Source: Sphagnum compactum (taxonomy: Eukaryota). Taken from it: a stretch of DNA of 64,000 bases. The notes under the pieces were generated by a model. That model ran no database searches and was not told where the DNA came from. It saw only the letters and a program-made list of their open reading frames with translations. Numbering within the stretch: position 1 is the first letter of the stretch; every line of letters begins with the position of its first letter. Location of the stretch: contig OZ234493.1 of NCBI GenBank assembly GCA_965153455.1, positions 3,348,001 through 3,412,000 of the forward strand, given 5' to 3'. This document shows, piece after piece, positions 25,198-37,458 of this stretch. The translations under genes and the position numbers were made by a program.

Positions 25198-27900
25198 TTA
25201 TATAGGGAGCTTAAAGGAAAGGGTTTGCATGATGTCTATTTTGGGAGTTGCAAAAGTTTGCTCACCACATTCCTTTTTGAACAAATATGTGTCCATTTTG
25301 ATGTTTTGGATGAACCGTTCAAATTTGTTATGAAACACCATGAAGTTTCTCCATCCACCAAAATTATAGGGGAGTTTAGCACGCAACAATTCAATCTTGT
25401 TGTGCGTCATGGTGCCAAACCGTTCAATGTTGAGATCGATTAACCCATCCCAAGGATTAGTTAGTAATTTTAGCCTTAATTGCTTCAAAATGCACATCAT
25501 TATAGGATGACTGTCGAAAGGCGACATTGCAATGAAGTCCTCCTGAAGGCACTTGTACACAATCTCGAGCGTTTTTTGTTCATTCACTTGTTTCCTCCCC
25601 CAAAATTGCTTTCCCATTGCTAGAAGTGGATTCACCCAAGCATCTTCCTCTCTTTGCATACGATGGAATGTTATTCCACACACTTTCAATTTGGGCAATG
25701 GAGGGTTATTAGGTAGAATAATGAATGCCCCGTTCAAGCAACTATTGGCCTAATTATTTTTCAAGGAAGCGACACATCAGTCCATTTCTTCTTGGAGACC
25801 CACAGAAGTATGCCACGCATCCTGCGGTTAATAAACCGCCGCAACCTTTCATCAAACTTGGTTGTCATAAAGCCACTTTGCGACCAAACATCATATTTTC
25901 AAATCAAAATGGTAGAAAAAAACAAAAATTAGTTGATGTCCTCAAGATATACCCGAAGAAGGAGTGAGCCCTAGGGAAGGAGCTCCATGAATACATCTCC
26001 CCAAGAATAGTGTGTACAATTTCATCTTCTTCAGGGAAACAATCACATCTCCCCGGGGAGACACCATCATTGCCCTAGGAAGACGATCACATCTCGCTAG
26101 GGAAACAACATCATTTCCCCTAGGGAGACGAACACATCTCCCCAAGGAGACACCATCATTTCTTCGGGGAAACATGAATGTCTCCTCGAGGAGACAAAAA
26201 CTTTTCCCCAGGAAGACAAGCACATCTCCTCAGGGTGACATTGTCATTTCCTTGGGGAGACGACAACATTTCCCCGGGGAAACGCAAATAATTCCTTGTA
26301 GAGACTCCACTTTGAGTGGTTTGCATATGCCCGGGGACAGTCACATCTTCTTGGGGACTAGGAGCTCCTTGAAGGAATATATGGGATTTCCCCCAGGGAG
26401 CCAAAATAAAGTAATGTCTCCCTAGGGTAGACGCTGTTCGGGGGAGACATTACATCTCCCCAACAATTTAGTTTATTAATGCTTTCATGGAAAATATTTC
26501 AATAGAATTTTAAAAACATTTTTGAAGAACCCAATGGTTGAACAAAAAAACTAGAAAGATAAGGCAAAGTTCCAAGCATGCACTTACGATCCATGAGTTA
26601 CAATTTTTCTCAAAGTCCTCCTTGTCAGATCTGGCGGTTGGGAGGTTGATGAATGTTTGTAACAAGATTACACCCCAGATATGTCTGGAGTTTTTTGCAG
26701 CCAAAACCTCCGATCCACCATGACAATAAGTGTCCTTGGCTACATTCCCATTCTTTTGTGCTAATTTGCCACAACCAACGATGAATTATATTGAAAGGTG
26801 TTTGGCGGGGAGATTGTTCTCGCCAATCGGTTGAGACAGTATTTGATTTAAGGGGAACATGAAGGATGCGTATCATCATTGTTGTTGTTGGTGTTGGAAC
26901 CTTTAGATGCTACCTTGGTACACAGGTTGAATTACCTTGTAATTGTTACAACTATAGTCGATTGCAATGGGCATGCAAGTGCCAATGAAAGCCCAGATTA
27001 CACTTGCGAAGGAGAAGGAATAGACATAGTTGATTCCGTAGGACGAACTAGTGATTGTGTATTCATGAATGTAGAGAAGCCAAGCCTCCCCATTTAGGTT
27101 AGTAGCCTTAATTCTTGAACGTTTGAATATGGTGGGACTTTGCTAATCGAATGTTCAAATGTTCAACTCCACCAAGGCGATCGGTCCTAGGTATGGCATT
27201 GGTTGTGGGAATCGACCAAGGTCTATAACTTCTCTCCTATTGCAAGCGTGTGCTAGAAGCGATCATCTACCTCCCCAAGGCTATTGCGTTTCCCCCATCA
27301 CTTGGGTTTCCCGGGGCTACCAACTTCCTTGGGGCTATTGAGTATCCTAAGTCCCTATACTTCCTTTGGTGGAGATCGCTCCTTGGGGATTTGGTGGGAC
27401 TACAGCCAATGTTCAGCTTTTCGTGTGACTAAGGCGCTGCTTATTGCAATCGCGTTGGATGGAGCCTACACACTTGATTATGAAATTTCCTTGACGGTCG
27501 CAATAACTGGCCAAGGCTTGCGATCTTCAATTGTTTTCGCACCATCGTAAGGTGTGTGCAACCAATGACAATTGAATTTCACTTTGGATCCCCATAATTT
27601 ATTGCAACATGGGCATCTATACTTTGATTACTTTTTACCCGTGCGCATTTCAGCTGTTTCTTTGAATTTTGTGTCAATTTCAATAACCTTCTTTCTCCAT
27701 TCCTCTAGAGCATACAAAAGAATATGTATGTGCCGGGAAACATAGTCTTCCTTTTTTCCTTTCCCCGCTCCATGTGCCAGAAATGTAACATGCCTAGCTT
27801 TGGAGGCTTTGGTGTGGGTGGACGCACCACGCACATTGATGACTTGCTGCCATCACTATCATCATCTGACATGCTTGAAGAACGCACTTTGGATGATGCC
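25198..27900 (-). pseudogene. Additional uncharacterised MULE cargo gene with an N-terminal C2H2-like zinc finger
   Basis: MASSKVRSSS... start at ~27900. YRCPCCNKLWGSKVKFNCHWLH at ~27556-27621. The 179-aa ORF 25198-25737 has no domain I recognise. Exons are separated by motif-array introns. Confidence 0.5.
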
Positions 27901-28816
27901 ATCGGAGTTAAAAAAATTACAAATTTTATGAAATTGTAGTGACAAAAGCGAAATGCAAGAAGATAAAACAAAATGACGAGGAAAAACAATGCACATGAAA
28001 AAAATGGGCCATGAAGATGCTTCAACAAACATTCACAAAACAATTTATGTCTAAAGGAGCTTAATTGCTAAGCTGGAAGAGAATGGACAATGCAAATCGA
28101 AATTAGAAGCGCGAGTAGCAACAATAAAAAAGAAAAAGCAAAATGGAGACACACGAGTAGCAATGATGAAGGATAATGATGAAAGTGCAAACAAACTATA
28201 GTAATGACATAGAGGAGAAACACAAATGAGGCTTGCAGAATAAGACAACATCCCTCAAGACGACATTACCCTGGGAAATGAATCAATGTGCTTTGGGAGT
28301 TATGACACATCCCCAGGAACCTCGATTTATATTGTAACGGGTTACATTCTGGACTACTTTCCACCATATGCATATTCTGGCCATTGATTTAAAACCTTAA
28401 GCCTAACGTTGTAACGAATGATTTTGGGTACCCATGAAAAAATAATGATCATTAGTAGACGAGCTAGTTATCGGGTTTGAATTACTTATCGAATTATGTT
28501 GGGTAGTGCAAAGGTTTCCATTAGATGTTATATTTGGCAGATCAATGGCCAGGAAAAGGTGTCATCTTGCCCCTTGAAGGATGGGTAGGAAATGATGAAA
28601 TGACAACAATTAAATTGTTGTTTTTATTCCTGCCACAAATTCAAAAATTGACTTTATTTCCGAAGAATCATAAATCTATGTGTATTAATCTCCTTGGGTT
28701 AGTTTCGTGAAGCACAAATACCTTGAGGGGACATCGAAAATCCCAGGGAGCCTTTACACATGCTTTCCACTTGGAGGGATTTGTAGGCCCAAGATGCATT
28801 AGCTCTCCCTCGGGGA

Positions 28817-29439
28817 GCTCTTGGGCATTTGGGTGAGGACTTTTTCCCCCGGGAGTTGAATTAACTTCCCAGTAGGGAGAAGGTGCGTTCCCTGGGGATG
28901 GTTTTCCCTAGGGAGTGGAAGGAAGGTGGGGTTTCTCGGGAGGGTTGGTTTCCCTGAGAATGGGAGTTTCCCTCGGGGAGTTGATGGAAACATCCCAGTG
29001 GGGTCAAGGTGGTTTCATCGAGAAGGGTAGTCTCCCTTGGGAGACATTAAGGTTGGGGACAATGATGTCCCTAGGGATTAGATGCAACATAGTGGGGAGA
29101 GGAGAATGGGGGTTCGTCGGGCAGTATAGGGGTTGCCTTTCCCATGAGGGGAAGGGGATGGGGCTTGGGGAGCGGCTTGTTTCTGTGGGCTGGACGCAGT
29201 AGTCGTAAGGAGGTGGGAGTTCCCGGTGGGAGGTGTAGGGTAGGGCTGAAAAAAAATGGGGTTAGGGCTTTTGGCTCGGGGGGGCCAAGCTATGGGGTCG
29301 CTAAGCTGGGTGAATGAATGGGTTTAGTTAACCAGGTCGGGGTGGTTAACTAGGGATAGGGGCTCCAGGTCGAGACATCGAAATCTTGAAACTTAGTGGT
29401 CAGAACACATCAAAGCCCGTGCTGCATTTAGTGCTTGCT
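28817..29439 (-). repeat. Right terminal inverted repeat of the MULE
   Basis: Reverse complement of the left TIR. Ends at the 9-bp TSD. Confidence 0.9.
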
Positions 29440-30771
29440 TTAGAAAACCAGGCCAAGGCTTTACAATAAGGCGGGGAATTGATGCACTAATGTAATGATG
29501 AAAATTTTGGTTATTTAACAAGTGATATCTTAGGCCTACTTTAGACTAGGAGTTGTGGCGAAAAAATCTTGGGGTTAGTAATGAAAAATTTGAACACTTC
29601 TTGGTTCATTGTTTGGCCCCAAGTTACTAATAAAATATTGTTTGTTTGGGGCCCAATGAGTTCATGTGTAAAGTCATTAAGGTCAATTTGTAAGTACCAA
29701 GGTTTCAATTTTTCATGTGTTTTCATTTTTTTTGGGTATCATTCTTTTTCTCATTTTACTTTCTTTCTCCATGGATGAGCATAGACACAAGATTCTTGTT
29801 ATGTTTTTCATGGTCATATCCCAAATAGAAAAAGTAAAAAACTCTTTCATCATTCAGAAACAAGCATAGAAGCTCAACAAGAAGAGAAGAAAATGAAGAA
29901 GAAAAAAGAAATGTAAGGTTTGATCATTCAAAAACAAGCATACAAGCTCAACAAGGGGAAAAGAAAATGAAGAAAAAAGAGAAGATATGAGGTTTTGTTT
30001 AAGATTTACTTTGATCTATAGCATAAATTTCATCAAAATAACAATATTTTATTGCAGCAACATTAGTCCCAAGGGTTGCAAATTGGCCTCCCAAGTTGAT
30101 AGGTATTGCAGCCTAGGGTCAGTTTCCACATTGACATTTCTTTTTTTTTTTCAAAAAATTAATTCGTTTTCAAAAATTAAAATTATTGAATTCTCCATGA
30201 TCTATTATGATATTGTCACATGAGTAGTGAAATTATTCAGAATGTAGCCTATGATAATTATGATGATTTTCAACATGTCAACTTCATATTCTCACAAAAA
30301 AATCATTTCACTATTTTGAGGATTATTTAATGACAAAACTGACTTTAGGGTAAGGCATCCTTTTTCTGCCTTGGGACCAAGTCAGTGGCTGTAAAGTGGT
30401 ATCCTTGTTTTGGTTTTCAGCCTTGAGTCCTAGTGTAAAGCCCTTGGGGCTGATTTCAGTGATTGCACCAATAGGAATGCTTGGTTTGAGTTCAACCTTG
30501 GCCTTGAGTCCTAGTGTAAAGCGGGCCTTATATTTCCAGTTGGGCCTCAAAATACAAAAAGGAAGTTGAGAATTTGATTGTGAATTGTAGCTGCACTGTT
30601 TTAAGCCTAATCAGACAAATTCTGTAGCTTCTAAAGAAGAGAGATTGTTGTTTTGCAGAGGGGTTGAGTGCATACTGGGTCCACGAGTTGGGTTAAGAAT
30701 TCTTAGGGGATAATTTTTTCATGGGCGTAGGGGAGATTGGCCCCCGGAAATAGGGCTGAATTTTGTTCCAG

Positions 30772-31281
30772 AGGCAACTAGTGATATTACGAGAAGCAAA
30801 CGCAAAAAGAAAACAGAGAGGTTGCTATACATTAGGGTTTCAGGCTCGAACGCAATGTGTTGGAAGCGAAGGTCGTCTGTGGGGTAAAGACGGTAGAGCT
30901 CTTCCTTGCTTTGTCTCAGACGCGTTGCTTAATATGGCCTACTAATAGGAGTGATGAAATACAAACAATACACGGTGAGAGACAGTCCAGGAAATTCTAA
31001 GTAATCTCATCTCACCTCCAAAATGAGACAACTGGTGATATTACGAGATGCAAACGAAAAAAGAAAACGGAGAGGTTGCCATTCATTAGGGTTTCAGGCT
31101 TGAACGCAGATTGTTGGAAGCGACGGTCGTCTGTGTGGGAAAGACGGTAGAGCTCTTCCTTGCTTTTTCTCAGACGCGTTGCTTTTTATGGGTTACTAGT
31201 AGGAGCGATGAAATACAAACAATACTCGGTGAGAGATAGTCCAGGAAATTCTAAGAAATCTCATCTCATCTCCAAAATAAG
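30772..31281. repeat. Tandem duplication of a ~255-bp unit
   Basis: caactagtgatattacgagaagcaaacg (30775) recurs as caactggtgatattacgagatgcaaacg (31029). Similarity spans the whole unit. Confidence 0.9.
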
Positions 31282-34200
31282 ATAAAATATCTTCAAAATC
31301 CTTGAACCAGATTGGAGAGAACGACCTTGAAGCTCCCCACATCTTCTTGCCACACACGCACCCTCCACCCCCCGACACAACAGTGCTGATGAAACTTTCT
31401 TGCACAAGACGTCACTGTGTAAATGGTGCGAGCTTTCAGCGCAACGCCACTGAAATCGCCACGTCATTTGCTCCATCACGGAAATTAACCAATGCAGAGT
31501 GAAGTTGAGTAAGGAAGTAGCGTATGTATCCTCGACTGAACTTTCTTCCTGATTGCGTCCCAAATTCTCCAAATTAGACTCCAAATGCGTCGAGCTAAAC
31601 CCTAAACCCTATCCTAAAACCCTAAACCAACATGCGTGAACACCGGTAGATGCACACGAACGAATTAGAGACGAAATTGGGTTGAAACTCACCGAAAAAG
31701 TGCTACACACTTGTAGACTTAACGAGATTCTCCGTGAGCTTTGGTTAAACAAGTTAATGCTTCTTTTAGAATCTTAAGCACCCCTTCACACACCCAGCTT
31801 ATCAGTAATGGTGTGGGGGGGGCCGTTAGATACAAAGTGTTGAATCACAAGGCTGATTCTTGTCGCTGCCAGAAGGAGTAGTATTGCTCAAGATAGACGC
31901 CAATACTACTACTACTACTACTACTCCTGTGCAACACGAGAGTTGAAAAAAAACGAGCACACACACATGTGTCGCACCACCGACCACATGCCGTGTCCAC
32001 ACCAGTGACGCACCATAGACCCTGACAGGCCCCCCTCCCGCCAAATTGTCATTGAATTTGGGTGTCAAAATTATATGAAATTTTTCAACCCTTTTGCAAA
32101 CACAACAGCTTGGAAGTTGGGAGTTGGGACCAGTGTTGGGTGGGGTGATTCTCTGTTTTTTTTTTTTGGAGAACCTCCAATGTCAGTTTCTCTCTTATTA
32201 TTATTATTTTTTGAAAGAACCTCTAGGTAAAGTTTTGAATTAAAAAAAAAAATTCAAAACCTCGGGTTAAGGTTGATGTTTTTTTTTTTTCAAACATGGG
32301 GGTTCTCTGGTAGTAGGGTTTAAGCTTTTTTGACAAGGGGTTGATTTGCATAGTTGTTATGGTTTAAGGATCAAATTGTTAAAAGGAAAAAAATTGGTCA
32401 ACACAATTATAAGGCAAGTATTACATCTAACTTGTGACAATTATGTGACCAATGTCTAGTTGCTATTCACATAAGCAACAATATGCTTCCTTGGAATTGA
32501 GCTTTTGGGCATTTGACATCAAACATATGATTTCAATATTACACTTTACAAAATCCTCAATAGTGCACTTGACAAATGATAATAAAATGGATTTGATAAA
32601 CCTCCAAAACAACAAAATTCTAATAGCAAATCTAGCCATAAAACCAACCACACAAAATTCACAAGTTATTTCAAAATCCAAGGACTATGGAGTTGCACAT
32701 GATTATGCATGACATAGATTGTGGCTAAGAAAAAGATGGTTGAAGTTTGCTAGCTCTGCAAGACAGATGACTTTAAATTCATAAACTAAGAATATAAGAA
32801 TTATTGCATTTTGTTGGAATAACCATCATTTAAAATCAAGTGTTTTGATAAGTAGGCTTCTTAGCTCATGGCAGTCGGCCACTTTTTTCAACTTTTGGAT
32901 TTTGCTCAAGTGATGAGATTTTTCTGAAAAAACACAGTTTGTACTGAAAAAAAAAATTTCTTAAAGTTTTCCACAAAGATTTTTTTTGCAAAATAGCATA
33001 AATTCACCACCAAAAAATTTCAGTGATGGCATTGCGATAATAGCCCTCAGCATGATGGTCTGGCTGTTCATTCAGCATGTGTGGAATTTCTTCGTCTTAC
33101 TTAATAAGTCCACACATTATGGTCATTCAGAAAATGAAAGAAAAAGACCTGGTGATCTCCGTGCTTTGGATCATGCCAGTAAAGTTTCAGGGCATCCGCT
33201 CTGCTTTGTGTAGAACTTGTTATGGCCTTTTTGCGGGTAGATTCATACTCATAATCTGGTTGGCTATTTTCCCACTTTATGCAAATTCATTTTTTCCCCC
33301 CCTAAATCTGTGTTTTCATGAATTGCAAATGCAAAGTAAGATTTGGTTGAATCTTCACTTTATTCAATTGCAAATGGAAATACAACACAAGACTCTGCTG
33401 AGATTGTAGATCTGCAGATTGAAATAAACATAGCAGAGAGTATATATACACCATTGACAAAATGGAAACAACCAGTGTTGTGCAGTTATTTGAATTTATA
33501 AAGAATCAATGGTTTTGGTATTTTAATTATTTCAGCATCAAAGAACCACCAGTCCCAGTTATTTCAAAAACCATAAGGAACCGATGGGTTTCAGGACAGG
33601 TTTCAGGAAAGAACCAAAAGTGAACTGGCAGTTTTTTTTTCGAAAAATTGGGAACTGTGGCTATACACCAGTACCAAGCTATTATGAATCCTAAGAACCT
33701 CCCTGATTCTGCCAAACATTGGAAACAACCAAATCTTGGCTGTGGCATCCTGGAGATTTAATCTACAGGTCGCAGCCAGACCAGATAATCATATAATCAG
33801 CCTTCCTGCTGCCTCATAACAAAACTTAACACAATACTGTAATAACAAAGTGTGCAATTCCTCCAACAAGATCTTTTCCCAAAAGGGCACCAAATGGATT
33901 TTAAAAAAAAAGATTTGTCAAAGAATGCAAATTTCTTAAAAAATAGCAAGTTCCATCTTGAAATACTCAAAACTATAGAACTGAGAGCACACACTCTCAT
34001 GCACCAGTCTTCAACGTCGTACATTATATCAGATGTTATTTCCTAATTGACCTATAAATTTCGCAGAAGAACATGATTGCATTCCAGTTTGATCCAAAAA
34101 TAAATGAAAGAATGGAGATCGCTTGGACATGGCCAAAAACTCCTGAAAAAATGTTGAGGTGAGGTTGGGAAGAATTCTTCTCCTGCAGGTGAGATCAGCG

Positions 34201-34372
34201 GTTTCTGTGTGCTAATGAATTAGCTGCGAAACTGCTAAGATTGCTAGGTACGTCAAAGCAATCTCTTGGTTTCGCAAGCTCTAAACCGAACTAACAAGGT
34301 CGTGAAGCAGCTGGGATCGAGACTAATTAGTCTGGTCATTGACCTCAGCGATCAGATGTCATGAGATTTTCA

Positions 34373-34549
34373 TCAGCGGAAGTCGTTAGCGTTTTGTTTT
34401 TGAGGTGGAGGTGGAGGAGGGTTTTTAGGCCTCCAGGCTGATCTTCCGCCATCTGGGACAAAAATTATATTCGCCTGTTCTTGAGTGCCGCTCCCATAGA
34501 CACAATCGATCTTCCGTGCATCGGCCTTCGCTGCCTCGTATCGCTTCAT
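34373..34549 (-). CDS. Candidate 58-aa small ORF, distant relative of the 121-aa ORFs in the inverted repeat
   Basis: MKRYEAAKADARKIDCVYGSGTQEQANIIFVPDGGRSAWRPKNPPPPPPQKQNANDFR, preceded in frame by QGKEHFGGK. A plausible upstream intron lies at 34760-34922 (- strand GTGAGA...TTGCAG). Confidence 0.35.
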   Translation of the reverse strand: MKRYEAAKADARKIDCVYGSGTQEQANIIFVPDGGRSAWRPKNPPPPPPQKQNANDFR

Positions 34550-35895
34550 TTTTCCACCAAAGTGTTCTTTTCCCTGACTATACTTGCAGGATTATTGTGA
34601 GGTCGGGGAGATGATGGCTCGACGATAGCTCTAGACTTGCGGCCCTGCGCATCAAATATCCACGACAGCTAAAAAATTACAAATGGCAGAAACAAGAATT
34701 GCAGAGATTCCAGTGTTCTGAGGGAATATAATTCAAAGGGAAAATTCACCGAAGTTCTACTGCAATACAAGAAACAAAGAGATTCAGTTACAGAGAAGTC
34801 TCATCTGTTCTCCCTCAGATGATGAAGTCTCACAGATAAAATAGAACGTAGGAGGAACGTGGAAGAACCAGGAATTAGCATATACGCCATAGAGAATTCC
34901 TAACGATGCAACTTTATCTCACCTGAACAATTCTGTTTGAAGGCGACTAGAGCAATTCGGAACAAACTATTCAACCCAGAATCAACGAGCTTGAATTAGA
35001 ACGTCGTGCCGCCGGCTTCAACCCAAGTCTTGAACCTGCTTGAACTCAAAACTTTTAAGAATTTTGATGTAAGAGGACAACAGATATGTTCTAGAGAGCG
35101 ACTGAGTTCGAAAGCATGGAGCTTTAGGCAAAGATAATGACAAACATATAGGCGATCTGTTACGAAGTCTTGGGAAATATAATAAGAGAATTTAAACTGA
35201 GTTCGAAGAAGTTAGGTGACTTCATGATCTTTTCCGAGTCACTTCTTATGTCATTAGTCGGCCCCGACACTCAAAGAGATCACACGCTGCAAGCATTGTC
35301 TACAATTCGAGGACCCTTCGAGATCTGAATTTTCAATTGTGTTTATCCTGATGAAAATATGACAAGAAGACTCCACACAACGGATTATACGACCACAATT
35401 CCAGTACAAATTCCAACAGCCAGCTTCGATCGCAATCCACCCCCAGTTCATGACTCCCTAATTTCTCCGCAAATCTAGACTTGCGACAGCAGCTTTGATT
35501 CAACGTTTAGTGTCGGGGTCCAAGTCGGTCCACGGCCATTTCTAATTTACTGAATAACCTGTCGGTCCACCCGGCCGATAGATGATTATGGCCAGTGACG
35601 GAATCGCAAGCTTCTACAGCTTCCTTGACTGCCACACCATCGGACATTGAAGAGAAAATAGCCTTGGTTTCAAAACCATTTTGGTACCCATTTGAATGAA
35701 GGCTCTTTTTGGATGACATGTGATTATCCAGTCTCTGTGATATCATCTGCAGGTTTTTTGTTTTTTATTTTGTTTTACCCCTCCAATTTCATGTTGTAAA
35801 AAATTTGGGAAATTTTCCCGAAATTTTGAAAAATTAGTCAAAGTTGCACTACAAAAAAAATTCCAAAAAATTCCCAAATTTTTCCAAGAAAAACA

Positions 35896-36153
35896 GCTGA
35901 TCATAATTCATGTGTAGCATATATTAGGCAGTATATATTAGATGATATTAGGCAGCTCTTATACTTGTGTAGAACTTTGAGAACATTCCAGATATGAAAA
36001 AATGAATAGATTATAAGGGTGCAATAATAAATGCTGGAAATCAGCAGACTTTTTTATAAGATTGGATTTATGGAAAATCATAAACCCAGGCCAAATAAGG
36101 GCCTATATCTGCTGCCCAATATATGTGATAGCTACACATGAATCGTGATCAGC
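35896..36153. mobile_element. MITE with ~23-bp TIRs (superfamily unassigned)
   Basis: gctgatcataattcatgtgtagc ... gctacacatgaatcgtgatcagc. No clear TSD. Confidence 0.65.
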
Positions 36154-37458
36154 CTTTTTTTGGGACAAAAAAATTGGGAAGATTTTGGATTTTTTTTTGG
36201 GTCATGTACACAATGGCTTGCATGCCTCAGAGCTTTTGGTACACGTTCATACACCATCTGAACTGTGTCCTTTTTGCAGGTGTGATTAGATCTTCTTGAT
36301 CACAGCCATACTTCACCTTGTAAACTTACTTTCACATCAAGTGATTAAATTTTGTTCTTCTTCACACGAGATCCAGTGTCAATTAGGCTCTCACCCCATA
36401 GACTTAATTCTCACCATTGAGTGTGTTCTCGTTCACACCTACTACAACGCAACTACACCCTGTAGACTAACTTTTACCTCATTTTGTTCCTGTTCACACG
36501 AGATCCATAATCCACTTGGCTGTCGCACCACTGTCATATTTGAGTGAATAAATTTGTCGGGCCCTGCCCCAACAGGGACAGGGACTATTGCATTGGATCC
36601 AACTTTTGGAAGTTTTACCTTATTAGAACCAGTTTCACATTAGGTGAACTGGTTTCTTTGGTGAAAGTGTTTAGACTGTTTAGATCGGAATGGATTTTTT
36701 TGGTGTTCAGAGTGTGGACATAGTAGGTAGATGTAGAACATCTTATCTATTGGTAGGGCCAGAGTGTTTGTGATGCCTTGTTCTTATTCACAAGAGTACC
36801 CTGATTGGTATTCAGATTGTCATTTTTTTGGTGTGAGAACCGGATCTAACCCATACCCTTTCCAAATGGCAAGAACTAGAACATACAAAACTGGTGAAAT
36901 GATATAGAATGAAAACTTTGATACTTTGTCCTGGTCCTCATATATAATTTTAAAAAGAAAACCAGTAGGTTTTTCAAACCCTTATGAATACCAGATTTGG
37001 TAGTTTAAAAAAAGTGAGAATTACCCAATGACAGGATATTGTGACTCATACCATAATACTTAGGATGGTTCGGCATTGAGGTGCCTAATATTGATTTATT
37101 ATTGTTCAACATTAAAAATGAAAATGAAAGTTAGATATTGTACTAAATAATGAAACTACTGTGCTTGAGAGTTTCATGTAGGTTTTTTGCATGGCAAGCA
37201 CATGTTTTTTTAGAATTTTTGGCAATTCCAAAAAATAATTAATTGGTGCCTAACAAACTTAAGTACTAGGTTAATAATTAGTTAGCAACACTCCCAAAGT
37301 TCAATTTTTTTTCTTTTTTGATAGGCATCTTGGATTGGCCCATAAAAAAATTAAAAAAATCTTTGGATAATCCCAAAATAGATATGTTGTAACTTCCTCC
37401 TTCAGGTTGGTTATATAGGTTACAAAAATAGAACTTAATGCAAAGAATTGGGACAAAG

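Larger units (their letters stand above)
11455..29439. mobile_element. Giant (~18 kb) Mutator-like element (MULE) with long TIRs
   Basis: 9-bp TSD TTAGAAAAC at 11446-11454 and 29440-29448. Termini are GGCAAGCACTAAA...TTTAGTGCTTGCT. A MULE transposase lies inside. Confidence 0.92.

Noticed and set aside
30948-31030. GTGATGA as a box C of a C/D snoRNA
   Set aside because: No box D (CTGA) at a suitable distance, and the motif is altered in the duplicate unit.
31596-31630. CCCTAAA repeats (also ~45433 and ~55975) as interstitial telomere
   Set aside because: Only 2-4 imperfect units. Better explained as telo-box-like or low-complexity motifs.
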